Positions 16,111 to 26,687 of a DNA stretch of 60,928 nucleotides are shown here, in pieces (positions within the stretch are counted from its first letter, which is position 1; the number at the start of each line of letters is the position of its first letter). Source of the stretch: Patescibacteria group bacterium (GTDB taxonomy: Bacteria > Patescibacteriota > Patescibacteriia > Patescibacteriales > UBA12465). Position numbers and translations under genes: made by a program. Location: NCBI GenBank assembly GCA_027858435.1, contig JAQICS010000032.1:1-60928 (forward strand). Direction: 5' to 3'. The notes beneath the pieces are model-generated. The model worked only from the letters and a program-made list of their open reading frames with translations, searched no databases and was not told the origin of the DNA.

Positions 16111-17214
16111 TTATTTATTTCTTAATGTGATTTCAATAATTTCTGCTCTAGCTGTAGTTCTCATTGGTGGCCCCCAAGTACCAACTCCACCGTTAACGAT
16201 AAGGGAAAAATCATCTTCTTCAAAAAGTCCATAGCCATATCCTTTGTGCATCCATTTAGCTGGGAAATTAAAAGGAAAGAGTTGACCATCATGGGTGTGT
16301 CCGGATAATTGTAAATCTATTCCCACTTCTTTAGATAACTTAATATTCTTTGGAGTATGAAAAAGAAGTATATTTGGCTTATCTTTTCGGTAATTTTCAT
16401 GTCTTAATATATCTTTTTCCAAGTTTGAATCTGTTTCAAAGGTATAGTTAATACCAATTATTTGCAAACCATCTACCTCAACTAACTTATCATCTAGAAA
16501 TATTACATTCTTGTCTTTAAGTATTTTTTTAGCCCTATCAAAACCAAGGTATAGGTCATGGTTTCCAAAGCCATAGTATATTCCCTTTTCAGACTTAAAG
16601 TTTTTAAGTGGATCATCTAGCCAAGAAAAATTTGCTTCCATGCCATCAAAGAGATCACCGGTGATAAAGACGGCTTCTGGGTTAATACTATTAGTTTTTT
16701 TAATAATTCTAGCTAAGAATTTTTCACGATAAATTGGACCAAGATGAACATCAGATAAATGAGCCACTTTCTTGCCATCCCAGCTATCTGGTAGGTCGTT
16801 TATATAGACTTCATAACTCTTAATACGAGGATAATAAGCTCTATATAAACCAAAACCTGATAGTATTACCACCCCTATTAAAAACACGGCTCTAAATTGT
16901 ATTAAGCTAAGACTTAATCCAAAAGATGATAGAATTGGACGAGCTAAAAGAACAATAGCCGCCATTACTCCTAAATTAACTAATATTCCTACCCAAATAC
17001 TAGAGAAGTAATAATAGTTTCTAGTAAATCCGTTATCAAGTTTGTGAATTAAAAAAGAGGAAATTAGAATACTTAAGAATAGAAAACTTAAAACACATAT
17101 TAAAATAATATTTCCTTCATTTATAATAAGTAATCTTTGTAGCAAATAATAGGCCAGAATATGGCCACCTAAAAGTACTATTGAGGTAGAGGCAAATATT
17201 AAAAGTTGTGTCAT
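16111..17214 (-). CDS. membrane-anchored metallophosphoesterase (calcineurin-like)
   Basis: N-terminal multi-TM region followed by the motifs LSDVHLG, GDLFDG, GNHD and GHTHDGQ. Confidence 0.85.
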   Translation of the reverse strand: MTQLLIFASTSIVLLGGHILAYYLLQRLLIINEGNIILICVLSFLFLSILISSFLIHKLDNGFTRNYYYFSSIWVGILVNLGVMAAIVLLARPILSSFGLSLSLIQFRAVFLIGVVILSGFGLYRAYYPRIKSYEVYINDLPDSWDGKKVAHLSDVHLGPIYREKFLARIIKKTNSINPEAVFITGDLFDGMEANFSWLDDPLKNFKSEKGIYYGFGNHDLYLGFDRAKKILKDKNVIFLDDKLVEVDGLQIIGINYTFETDSNLEKDILRHENYRKDKPNILLFHTPKNIKLSKEVGIDLQLSGHTHDGQLFPFNFPAKWMHKGYGYGLFEEDDFSLIVNGGVGTWGPPMRTTARAEIIEITLRNK

Positions 17215-17219
17215 AAATA

Positions 17220-18512
17220 TTAGTTATTTATTTTAAACGGAAATTCAGCTAATTCCACTTCTGAACCAGCCTCATTTTCAATTTCTAGTAATCTATTATA
17301 CTTAGCTGTTCTCTCTGATCTAGCTGGAGCTCCAGTTTTAATTTGACCAGTTGAAAATGCTACCGCTAAATCAGCGATAAAAGTATCTTCTGTTTCACCA
17401 CTACGATGAGAGATTACTGAAGTTAAGCCATTTTCTTTTGCTAAAAGTATGGTTTTAATTGTTTCAGTTAAAGTACCAATTTGATTAAACTTAATTAAAA
17501 TTGAATTAGCACTTCCTTCTTCAATTCCCTTTTTAAGTCTTTCAATGTTTGTAACAAACAGATCATCACCAACTACTTGGTATTTGTCTTTTGAAAAAAT
17601 GGTAAAGTTTTTAAAATTATCCCAATCATCTTCAGCAAAAACATCCTCAAGTGAAATAATTGGATATTTCTCCATTAATTTTTTATAGAAATCTGCTAAT
17701 TCTTCACCACTTAACTCTTTACCTTCTTTTTTGAGTTCATAAATATTGTTTTTATAAAACTCACTGGCCGCCGCATCAATTGCAAAAGCAATGTCTTTTC
17801 CTAAAACATAACCAGCTTTTTCCACTGCCTCAGAAATAAGAGTAAAAATTTCTTCATTACTTTCTACATTAGGAGCAAAGCCACCCTCATCACCAACTGT
17901 GGTTGAATATTTTTTATCTTTTAATGTAGTTTTTAAACTTTGATATATTTCAGCACAAAACCTTACTGCCTCTTTCATAGATTGAGCCCCAATAGGAATA
18001 ATCATATATTCTTGAATATCGGTAGACCAATTAGCATGACGGCCACCATTGGCAATATTCATCATTGGTAAGGGCAACAGAAAAGTGCCATTAAAATTAG
18101 GGTTAAATTTTGCTAAATAGCGATACAAAGGCATATTTAAACCCTTGGCAGCAGCTTTAGCTACTGCTAAAGAAACTGCTAATATGGCATTAGCACCAAA
18201 ATTTCCCTTATTTTCAGTATTATCGGCCTTTATCATTAAGGTATCTATTTCCTCCTGTAAACTTGGGTCAAGACCGATAAGTAGTGGCTTTATCTTCTCT
18301 TCAATGTTTTTAATCGCTTTTAAAACCCCTTTTCCCATATAACGATTACTATCCTGGTCTCTTAGCTCAACTGCTTCATAGGTGCCTGTTGAGGCGCCAC
18401 TAGGGACCATTGCGGTAGCACTAGTATCATCATCTAGGATAACTTTTGTAGCTATGGTGGGATTTCCACGTGAATCAATTATTTCCCAAGCTTTTATATC
18501 TGAAATTTTCAT
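17220..18512 (-). CDS. eno: enolase (phosphopyruvate hydratase)
   Basis: Full-length (430 aa) with typical enolase blocks, including SHRSGETEDTFIADLAV and IKTGAPARSERTAKYN. Confidence 0.97.
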   Translation of the reverse strand: MKISDIKAWEIIDSRGNPTIATKVILDDDTSATAMVPSGASTGTYEAVELRDQDSNRYMGKGVLKAIKNIEEKIKPLLIGLDPSLQEEIDTLMIKADNTENKGNFGANAILAVSLAVAKAAAKGLNMPLYRYLAKFNPNFNGTFLLPLPMMNIANGGRHANWSTDIQEYMIIPIGAQSMKEAVRFCAEIYQSLKTTLKDKKYSTTVGDEGGFAPNVESNEEIFTLISEAVEKAGYVLGKDIAFAIDAAASEFYKNNIYELKKEGKELSGEELADFYKKLMEKYPIISLEDVFAEDDWDNFKNFTIFSKDKYQVVGDDLFVTNIERLKKGIEEGSANSILIKFNQIGTLTETIKTILLAKENGLTSVISHRSGETEDTFIADLAVAFSTGQIKTGAPARSERTAKYNRLLEIENEAGSEVELAEFPFKINN

Positions 18513-18516
18513 ACAA

Positions 18517-19545
18517 TTAATCTATTACATTATTTTTATTAACATATTTCTCTGTTCTTTGTACTACACTTTTTAGAACCCTCACTGCTTCGAAAGGATG
18601 ATCACCGATAGTAGTTTCATCAGATAACATCACCATATCACCTCCATCTAAAACTGCATTAGCAATATCAGAAATTTCGGCTCTGGTTGGATGAGAATTT
18701 TTTATCATAGACATCATAATTTGAGTTGCAATAATAGCTGGTTTATCATGCCAATGAGCAAACTTGACTAAATATTTTTGAACAATTGGTAATTCTTCAA
18801 TTGGTATTTCAATTCCTAAATCTCCTCTAGCAATCATTACCACATCTGATATTTTAATAATTTCATCAATATTTTCTAAAGCTATTCCTCTTTCAATTTT
18901 AGAAACCACTCTAATACTTTTTTTACCACCAATTAATTTCTTCAATTTTTCTACATCATTTTTAGTTTGCACAAAAGATAAAGCAATATAGTCTACACCT
19001 TCCTTTAAGCCAAACTTTACATCCTTAATATCCTTTGTAGTTAAGCCTCCTTTTTTAAGATTAGTAAAAGGAACATTAATACCCTTGTTTGAGGTTAATA
19101 ATCCTCCTATTCTTATTTCTCCCCGAATAATTCCATTTTTAATGCTTTGTACGTCAACTTCTAGCTCACCATTAGCCAAGAAAAGAGGTTGTCCTTTTTT
19201 GATATCTAAATGAAGGTCTGAATTATCAATAGGGATAATACCTTTTTCATATTTACCTCCTTTTTTAAAAGTAAAAGCTATCTTATCTCCTTCAAAAAAC
19301 TCTAGACCATTTTCAGGCATTTCACCAATTCTAATATGTGGACCTTGTAAGTCCATCATTATTCTAATATCAGTCTTATTCTTCTTATTATAATCATCAA
19401 TTATTTTTTTCACCCTTTTATACTGATCATAGGTGGCGTGTGAGAAATTAACTCTAATTATACTAACTCCTTCATCAATTAGTTTTGTTAAATTTTCTTT
19501 CGACTCGGTTTTTGGACCAACAGTCGCTACTATTTTTGTGTTCAT
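18517..19545 (-). CDS. pyk: pyruvate kinase, short form lacking the C-terminal domain
   Basis: KIVATVGP start, RVNFSH, MIARGDLGIEIP and MLSDETTIG are present. At 342 aa the protein ends at the end of the A domain. Confidence 0.85.
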   Translation of the reverse strand: MNTKIVATVGPKTESKENLTKLIDEGVSIIRVNFSHATYDQYKRVKKIIDDYNKKNKTDIRIMMDLQGPHIRIGEMPENGLEFFEGDKIAFTFKKGGKYEKGIIPIDNSDLHLDIKKGQPLFLANGELEVDVQSIKNGIIRGEIRIGGLLTSNKGINVPFTNLKKGGLTTKDIKDVKFGLKEGVDYIALSFVQTKNDVEKLKKLIGGKKSIRVVSKIERGIALENIDEIIKISDVVMIARGDLGIEIPIEELPIVQKYLVKFAHWHDKPAIIATQIMMSMIKNSHPTRAEISDIANAVLDGGDMVMLSDETTIGDHPFEAVRVLKSVVQRTEKYVNKNNVID

Positions 19546-19604
19546 ATTATTTTTATTTAATGTTTTTTATTTAATGTTTTTTTAGTAAATATTTTTATTT
19601 ATAT

Positions 19605-20747
19605 TTATTTAATCCTTTTTCTTTTTTTATTTACTTTTTTTTCTTTTACACTCTTATCAACTCTAATTATCTCTAACCAGTTTTGAAAGAATTCTAAATT
19701 ATTTAAAGAAGCTAATCTTTGTCCTAAAGGTTCTTTTAGTTGAAAAAGGTGTTTTAGGTATGATTTAGAATACTTCTTAAGACCATCTATCTTACTACCT
19801 TTATTTACAACTGTAAAGTCAGAGATAAATTTTGAATTATTAATATTAAGGGTTTTATATGATTTACCTGTTTTATAGAATAATCGACCATGTCTTCCCT
19901 CACGAGATGGTATTACACAATCAAACATATCCCAACCTAATTTAGAACAAGTTAAAATATCCTCAGGCGTTCCAATCCCCAAAGCAAACCTAAGCTTATC
20001 CTTAGGGATATATGAAGCAGTCTTATCAATAACTTCAGTTAAAAAATTACCATTTTCATCAACTGGTCGAGCGCCAAAACCATAGCCATCAAAACCAATT
20101 TCAACTAATTCTTTAGCACATTTCTCTCGCAAATCAAGTTCTTGCCCACCTTGAATAACTGAAAAAAGAAGTGGTCTTTTTCCTTTTACAATCTTTCTTT
20201 TTTTAATTTGTTTTTCATACTCACATTTACATCTTTTTGCCCAAGATATAGTTCTGTTAACCGCCTCTTCTAGTTGTTTCCTGTCATATTCATTTGGGGG
20301 ACAATCATCTAAACAAACCATCATATCAACCCCAAGGTCAAATTGAATTTGAATAGATTTTTCTGGACTAAAATCATGCCAAGATCCGTTAAGAGGTGAT
20401 TTAAACACAACTTTTTCATCAGTAATTTTTCCCATTTTGCTATTTCTGTGAATAAGGGAAAATACTTGAAAACCACCAGAATCAGATAGAAGAGGGCCAG
20501 AATAGTTCATAAACTTATGAATTCCACCCGCTTTTTTAATTAAATTAATTCCCGGTTGTAGGTATAGATGAAAGGTATTTACCACCATTGCTTTAGTGTT
20601 TGTGCTTTTAGCTTCTGAGTTTGACAAAAGCTTAACAAAACCACGAGTAGCATCGGGCATGAAAAAAGGAGTATCTAAACTACCATGAGCAGTTTTTACC
20701 TTCCCTAACCTTATTCCATTATTTTTTATTTTTTTTAATTTAAACAT
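19605..20747 (-). CDS. tgt: tRNA-guanine transglycosylase family protein (divergent)
   Basis: The LSDSGGFQVFSL and GWDMFDCVIPSREGRHG catalytic blocks are present. The zinc-ligand positions are not conserved (see findings). Confidence 0.8.
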   Translation of the reverse strand: MFKLKKIKNNGIRLGKVKTAHGSLDTPFFMPDATRGFVKLLSNSEAKSTNTKAMVVNTFHLYLQPGINLIKKAGGIHKFMNYSGPLLSDSGGFQVFSLIHRNSKMGKITDEKVVFKSPLNGSWHDFSPEKSIQIQFDLGVDMMVCLDDCPPNEYDRKQLEEAVNRTISWAKRCKCEYEKQIKKRKIVKGKRPLLFSVIQGGQELDLREKCAKELVEIGFDGYGFGARPVDENGNFLTEVIDKTASYIPKDKLRFALGIGTPEDILTCSKLGWDMFDCVIPSREGRHGRLFYKTGKSYKTLNINNSKFISDFTVVNKGSKIDGLKKYSKSYLKHLFQLKEPLGQRLASLNNLEFFQNWLEIIRVDKSVKEKKVNKKRKRIK

Positions 20748-20749
20748 TA

Positions 20750-22738
20750 TTATTTGACTAAGCCAGAGTTATTATTACTAGCAGTTTCATCATCTTCAAG
20801 TTGTGTAGTTTTAGAACTTGTTTCTTTAATTAAAGTACTTTTGGTTACTGTATCATAGGCGGTTGCGGTTGAACCAGGTGAAAGAATTAATATCTTACCC
20901 TCATCTTCAGTCTTTGGTGTTAAGGATATATCAAAGTGAGCACTAGGATTACTTGAAGAAAGAGGCATATATCCAACATTCCAGATAACTTGATTAGAAC
21001 TTGGATCATAATTAATACTTCCTAAGTCAGTATCAGAATTACCTACGTATTCTACATTATCAGGTAATTGATAATAGGAGACTACATCACGTAACTCATT
21101 AATATTATTTTCAATATCCCAATATACTCTAAAAGTTGTAGTTTCACCACTTTCAGGTGGAAGTGGACCAGAGCCAACTGGAATATCATCTTCTGAAAAA
21201 TACATTATTTTTTCTGAAAAAGAAAAATCACTACTAACATTACTAATTATCTCATTACTTCGACTATTTTCTTCTTCTAATTCTTGGTCATTAATATTAT
21301 ATTGAGCAATTGATCTAATTTGTAGGTCATCCATTAACATTTCATTGTTATATTCTTTTAGTTTAACCGAAAAATTAATCTCACCTTCCTCATTTGGCTC
21401 TATTTCTGCTAACTTATCTAATTCTTCTTTTGTCCAAATAATTGAGTTGCCACTTACTTCTCCTTCTGTTTCCATAAACAGGGTATCCCAATCAACTAAA
21501 TCACTATCAATTATGGCCATAATTGAAACATTTTCATAGGATTTTGAACCCATATTAGAATAGTTTAAGGTATATGACAGGTTTTCTGAAAATCCCACTG
21601 CTTGATCAGATTTAGAACCATTTAAAAATAATGAAAGACTTAAATCACTGGAAACTAAATCAGGTTTAACTTTCTCTTGTTCAAAGATATAGTCTTTTTC
21701 AGAAACAGTTTTTTCTAAAATAACTGAAACTGAAAAATCATCAACTTCTTCTTTAACGCGGTAATCAAACTCTATCTTTTCATTTATCACCTCTTGATTT
21801 AAGCCAGATAATTTCCAACTACGTGAGTCAATTTTTTCTACTTTCAATTCTCCTTCTTCAACCTCTTCTTCACTTGATGTTGAAACATCTAAGTCTATAT
21901 CTATATTATCACTAAATTCAAAGCGAATTTTAAAGTCTGACATTTGCGAAGAAAATTCTTCATTTTCTTTTTCAGAAAAGATTAAGCTTAATTTATTTTC
22001 CTGATTTACAAATATTGCTCCAGCAGTTTCAATATCAAAATTATAGCCAAAGCCACCAGTTAGGATGGAAATGGAATCTTCTTTTTTGAAATGGCTAGAG
22101 AATGAACCTGGCTTATACTCTAACTTTGATATAGCTAAATTAACACCATCTGTTTCATTGATAATCATACCAATGATACTAACAGTATTTGTTTCACCGG
22201 GTTCAAGGTCGGGCAGTTCAAAGCCATGATTTCCTCTAATTGGATCTACTTCTGCTCCTTTGAAGATAAAGTTATCGGGATACTGCATTTCTAGTTCAAT
22301 ATCTGAGAAGACGTATTTAGTTGGATTATTATATTTTATTTTATACGAGAACTCTTCACCTATATTCACTTTTTCAGGAGCAGTTATTTCCAGTTGAAGA
22401 GAACTAATATCACCACTTTCTTGAAAGAAATAGTTATATCCAAAATATGCAGCAACTACAATAATTCCGATAAAAAACAATCTTTTTAGAATAAGAAGGA
22501 ATATGTTTGGTTTCTTTTTAACATCAAATTGCGATACATTTATTCTTCTTCCTTTTTTATCAGTATAGACATCATGAAGATGAGTATCAATTTCCTTGTC
22601 TCTTAATTCCCTATGTATTACTCTTTCAAAATCATCAACTTCATTTTCCTCAGGAATTGGTCTTTCAATAAATGAAGCTAGACCTGATTTCTTGTCTTTC
22701 TTAGGATTTATATTTCTTTTTTTTCTGCTATCTTGCAT
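20750..22738 (-). CDS. N-terminally anchored surface protein with repeated DUF11/CARDB-like beta domains
   Basis: Basic N-terminus, a TM helix IFLLILKRLFFIGIIVVAAYFGY, and repeated segments such as GEEFSYKIKYNNPT and LSYTLNYSNMGSKSYENV. The domain assignment is from memory of the motif style. Confidence 0.55.
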   Translation of the reverse strand: MQDSRKKRNINPKKDKKSGLASFIERPIPEENEVDDFERVIHRELRDKEIDTHLHDVYTDKKGRRINVSQFDVKKKPNIFLLILKRLFFIGIIVVAAYFGYNYFFQESGDISSLQLEITAPEKVNIGEEFSYKIKYNNPTKYVFSDIELEMQYPDNFIFKGAEVDPIRGNHGFELPDLEPGETNTVSIIGMIINETDGVNLAISKLEYKPGSFSSHFKKEDSISILTGGFGYNFDIETAGAIFVNQENKLSLIFSEKENEEFSSQMSDFKIRFEFSDNIDIDLDVSTSSEEEVEEGELKVEKIDSRSWKLSGLNQEVINEKIEFDYRVKEEVDDFSVSVILEKTVSEKDYIFEQEKVKPDLVSSDLSLSLFLNGSKSDQAVGFSENLSYTLNYSNMGSKSYENVSIMAIIDSDLVDWDTLFMETEGEVSGNSIIWTKEELDKLAEIEPNEEGEINFSVKLKEYNNEMLMDDLQIRSIAQYNINDQELEEENSRSNEIISNVSSDFSFSEKIMYFSEDDIPVGSGPLPPESGETTTFRVYWDIENNINELRDVVSYYQLPDNVEYVGNSDTDLGSINYDPSSNQVIWNVGYMPLSSSNPSAHFDISLTPKTEDEGKILILSPGSTATAYDTVTKSTLIKETSSKTTQLEDDETASNNNSGLVK

Positions 22739-22749
22739 ATATTTTTATA

Positions 22750-25449
22750 TTATTTGAGTATTACGGAAATAAATTTATCACTATCAAGTTCTGATAAATA
22801 GTTCCAAATGTATCCTTTTTCCTTTATCTTATCACTTCCTTGCCAAAATGCTAAATAGCCATTTTGTTCTTTAAATTTAGCCTCAAATGGATATGGCCTT
22901 ACTCCAGGTTGTTTTTGAACAAGTAGTGTATATGGGAAAATAATTTCTTGATCTGGGTTTAATTTAAAATTAATTTGCTTAAGCCAAGTATCATTACTAG
23001 CCTTTTCTTTTAAGTCATTAATATTAAATGGAAGCTTATACTTAATTACTACTTCATTTTTCTCTCCTGGATCAGTCATTACCCAATTAGCAAACACCGT
23101 TTTATCACTATCATTATATATTTTAGTATCACTGTATAAATCAATATCTGCTTCTCTTTCGGAAGCTAAATCATCAAGCAAAATTGCGTAATCATTTGGA
23201 TCTTCAAAAAGATCATTATCTGGACTTTCAAAACCATTAGCATTAATTAGCTCACTACCATTTGGAACATATACTCTTAACCAGTTAACGTTTCTAACAT
23301 CAACTAATGGATCTCCTTCTTTTCCTGGATGAGCATACTCTAATGTTAAAGTATTTAAAATACTACCATCATTTAATATTTCTGTTTCTAAATTTGCCTT
23401 TCTTTTTAAAATACGATCAGATTTTCTTCCCCCAATATTTGTATCAACTATCATTAAGTAGTCATTTTCAGTTTTTTTAATTTCACCAGCAATTTTAAGT
23501 TTTTCAATTTCAGCTTGTAATTTTTCATCAGAAAAATATAGCATCAAGTGTTTTTCTAAAACACTTTCTGATAAAAGAGAAGCAATTTCTGGTAGGTTTT
23601 CTCTGTTTAAAGTCTTTGGTAACTCTTCAAGTATTTTAGCCATTAAATCACCAATTATCTTCTTTGGCTTATTCTCTTTATTCTCTTCTAATCCTTGTTT
23701 TAGAGAAAAACTAGAACCCTCAACTATAGTTGTTGAAGCTATGTCAGGATTTGATATATCTTTTACAAAACTTGGATCTTCTTTAGCTAAATTGTCATAC
23801 TCAACTGTTTTTTGGGTTAACTGCCAGAAATTATCGGAAGTAACTATTACCCCATACTCTTCTCTCATATCAATTGGTCCAGTAATCTTAAGAGCACTCT
23901 CTACCACAGTTGGAGTTAAAGATATCACTCCATCAACTGTTGGTCCTCCACTCTCAGAATAGAACCACATTAAATGACGAGCAGTTTTAGGCCAATCTGG
24001 CCACCAATTTGCATCCCAAAAATTCCAATGCGGATTGACTAAATGAAGTGGCTCAGGAGAAACAATTTTCTTCCCTTGAAGACCAGCTTCAAGATCATAG
24101 CTGCCACCAGCTGGAACTTCTAAGTTTCTAATTTTTCCATCCCGAACATCAATTAAAGCGTAGCTTCCTAAAAAACCACCACTAGCTCTAAGTTCAGCGT
24201 TGTTTTGAAAAACTAGTAAATACCTTTTATCCATACTAAGGCCTAACACTTCTTTTAAGTTGTCGGCGGAATAGATAAACTTATTTATATTTTGCAAGAT
24301 AAAGCTACTTTGTTTTTTTAAGTTAAAAAATTTATCCCTATATTCAACGGGTAGATCCTCAACTGGTATTTGAGACAAAACACTGTTTAAATCAGTTGCT
24401 AATTTAGCTGAAGTCTTTGCTTCTTCTAAAAAGCTATTTAAAGAAGAAGAAAAATCATTACCTGAAAAAAGATAATCAGTTGCTTTAACTAAACTTGCTC
24501 CTAAGTCAGAGGCTAATTTTCCTGATTTTAATATATTTTTGGAATGAGCTGCTAATTTAATCTTTGAATTTGAAGACAAGGATGCAAGTTTAAAAATAAC
24601 CTTATTTAACTCCTCTAAGTCTTTCTCGGCCTCTAAAAAACTTAAACTAGCTTTTTCAAACTCTTTGGAAGCTGAGTTTAGATTAAGTTTTGAAACTGAA
24701 CTTCCAGCTTCTTCTAAGTTTTCAATCGCTCCATAGGAATAGTTCATTATCTTGTCCTCTAGACCTTTAAAATCAAAGAAATTAAAAGAATGAAGGAGCT
24801 TAATTGGGACAATTAAAAATAGTAGTATTAAGACAAAACTTAAGATTGGATTGCTAAATTCAAACAGACTCTTTTTTTTATGCTTTGGTTTTATTAAAAA
24901 CTTTCTTTGCTCTAGTTTAATCTTTTTATTAATCCCTTTTATCCTTTTCTTATACATTTTCTTAAACCTTTCTCGTTCTTCAAGTTCAGTAAATAATTTG
25001 TATAAAGAAATACTCTTTTTCTTTTTAAATAAATTAAAGAAATTATTATTTTTCTTTTTCTTTTTATCCTTTCTATGTTCTTTATTCTTTACCCTTTCTT
25101 CTTTCCTGTGTTCTTTGTTCTTTTCTTTTTCATGTTCTTTGTTCTTTTTCTTTTCTTTTTCTTGTTCTTTTTTTATTACCTTTTCATTTTTATCTTCTTT
25201 ATTAGCTCTTTTATTTTCTTCTTTGTTAATTGTTTTATTCTCTTCTTTATTATTTTTTTCTACATTATTTTTTACTTCACTTTTTTCATTATTTCTAAAA
25301 AACGACAAGAAAGACTTTTTCTCTTTTTGTAAACTATTTTCCATTGCTTCTTTCTTTTTATCATCTTCTACCTTCTTTTTTAAATCAACCACAAAACCAG
25401 CCTCATCAGCATAATAGTTATTATTTAATTGTTTATCTTCTTCCCTCAT
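22750..25449 (-). CDS. DUF4012-like membrane-anchored protein with a K/E-rich low-complexity N-terminus
   Basis: 899 aa with one TM helix. The block LLVFQNNAELRASGGFLGSYALIDV matches my recollection of the DUF4012 signature. Confidence 0.65.
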   Translation of the reverse strand: MREEDKQLNNNYYADEAGFVVDLKKKVEDDKKKEAMENSLQKEKKSFLSFFRNNEKSEVKNNVEKNNKEENKTINKEENKRANKEDKNEKVIKKEQEKEKKKNKEHEKEKNKEHRKEERVKNKEHRKDKKKKKNNNFFNLFKKKKSISLYKLFTELEERERFKKMYKKRIKGINKKIKLEQRKFLIKPKHKKKSLFEFSNPILSFVLILLFLIVPIKLLHSFNFFDFKGLEDKIMNYSYGAIENLEEAGSSVSKLNLNSASKEFEKASLSFLEAEKDLEELNKVIFKLASLSSNSKIKLAAHSKNILKSGKLASDLGASLVKATDYLFSGNDFSSSLNSFLEEAKTSAKLATDLNSVLSQIPVEDLPVEYRDKFFNLKKQSSFILQNINKFIYSADNLKEVLGLSMDKRYLLVFQNNAELRASGGFLGSYALIDVRDGKIRNLEVPAGGSYDLEAGLQGKKIVSPEPLHLVNPHWNFWDANWWPDWPKTARHLMWFYSESGGPTVDGVISLTPTVVESALKITGPIDMREEYGVIVTSDNFWQLTQKTVEYDNLAKEDPSFVKDISNPDIASTTIVEGSSFSLKQGLEENKENKPKKIIGDLMAKILEELPKTLNRENLPEIASLLSESVLEKHLMLYFSDEKLQAEIEKLKIAGEIKKTENDYLMIVDTNIGGRKSDRILKRKANLETEILNDGSILNTLTLEYAHPGKEGDPLVDVRNVNWLRVYVPNGSELINANGFESPDNDLFEDPNDYAILLDDLASEREADIDLYSDTKIYNDSDKTVFANWVMTDPGEKNEVVIKYKLPFNINDLKEKASNDTWLKQINFKLNPDQEIIFPYTLLVQKQPGVRPYPFEAKFKEQNGYLAFWQGSDKIKEKGYIWNYLSELDSDKFISVILK

Positions 25450-25477
25450 ATGATAAACAGTATTTTACTTCTTTTAT

Positions 25478-26671
25478 TTAATTACTTCTTTTATTTATTG
25501 AATTTAAATAAATATTTCTTGTTTCACTAGCACACTTACTCCAACTATATTTTTTGATAAACTCCGTGCTTTTTTCTTTTAAAATTTTTGTAAGTTCCTT
25601 GTCTTCAATTTTCTTAATTTTATTATATATATCATTTTCATTTTCTGGATCAAAATACATTGCCCCATCTCCAATTACTTCCGGAAGAGATGCTTTATCT
25701 GAACTTAACACTAAGCAATTATTAGAAATAGCCTCAAGTGGAGGAAGACCAAAGCCTTCATAAAGTGAGGGGAAAATAAAGGCTTTGGCTTTTTGATATA
25801 AGAGTTGTAATTCTTTGTCAGATACGTGACCGGCAAATATAACTTTTGAATTCTCTCTGTCACCTTTAGAATATAGTTTTAGATCAATTGCCTTCTCTTT
25901 TAATCTTTTATAGAAATAATCTATCTTACCCGCTAAAACTAATTTTAGAGGATAATTTTCTTGTTTAAATTTAGAGAAAACATTAAGTAAGGTTTCTAAA
26001 TTTTTATGCGGATAGGCACTTCCGACATAGAAAATAAAGTTAGGGGGGAGTTTATTTAAGAAACTTTTTTCTTCTAATTCTAATTTTTCTAAATATTTTA
26101 CGTCTTTTTCTTGACTTAAATTTGTAATTCCTTCATAGGTTACCTTTATTTTATCTTTTTTTATATCAAACTCTTCTATTATATCTTCTTTGGTGAAATT
26201 TGATACTGCAATAATCTTTTCTGATCTTTTAAGAGCTGATTTAATTACTAGATGATAGGCTATATTTTTAAGGAAATAGATTAGCTTGCTTTTAGTGGTT
26301 GCTCTAACGGTGGGGTATCTGGTTAGTATTAAGTCATGAATAGTTACCACAAACTTTTTAAAGTAGAAAATTGGAACATTAAAATGAGGAATGTGAACTA
26401 AGTCTAATTTTGCCTTGTATAGATAATATGGCATCATTATTTGCTCTTTTACACTATACCAGGGGCAATTAGTTTTTACTTTTTCAACCTTGTCACCTTC
26501 TAAAACATTTAAAGTATCGTAATTAGCAGGTGATAGGAATACGACGTAAGTAAAATTAGAAGATTTATCATCCCTATTTTGCTCTATTATATTGTCTACT
26601 ACTTCTTGGGTGTAACGACCCAATCCTTTGCCAACTGGACCGTAAAACCTAGCATCAATTCCTATTCTCAT
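25478..26671 (-). CDS. glycosyltransferase family 4
   Basis: GT-B fold pattern with the C-terminal E-x7-E block FPSLYEGFGLPPLEA. Confidence 0.85.
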   Translation of the reverse strand: MRIGIDARFYGPVGKGLGRYTQEVVDNIIEQNRDDKSSNFTYVVFLSPANYDTLNVLEGDKVEKVKTNCPWYSVKEQIMMPYYLYKAKLDLVHIPHFNVPIFYFKKFVVTIHDLILTRYPTVRATTKSKLIYFLKNIAYHLVIKSALKRSEKIIAVSNFTKEDIIEEFDIKKDKIKVTYEGITNLSQEKDVKYLEKLELEEKSFLNKLPPNFIFYVGSAYPHKNLETLLNVFSKFKQENYPLKLVLAGKIDYFYKRLKEKAIDLKLYSKGDRENSKVIFAGHVSDKELQLLYQKAKAFIFPSLYEGFGLPPLEAISNNCLVLSSDKASLPEVIGDGAMYFDPENENDIYNKIKKIEDKELTKILKEKSTEFIKKYSWSKCASETRNIYLNSINKRSN

Positions 26672-26687
26672 TGTAAAACTTTTTTAT

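Noticed and set aside
18458-18473. parS-like palindrome TTTCCACGTGAATC, considered because parAB are in the window.
   Set aside because: It differs from the GTTTCACGTGAAAC consensus by an indel and mismatches, and it lies inside the enolase coding sequence. I found no convincing parS or DnaA-box cluster, so there is no evidence for oriC here.
24851-25414. Plus-strand ORFs 24851..25414 and 25075..25332 (poly F/L/S).
   Set aside because: They are antisense to the K/E-rich N-terminal region of the DUF4012-like gene and are low-complexity artefacts. The same reasoning applies to 48975..49157 (poly-Ser, opposite the poly-E linker) and to the other short antisense ORFs in the track.
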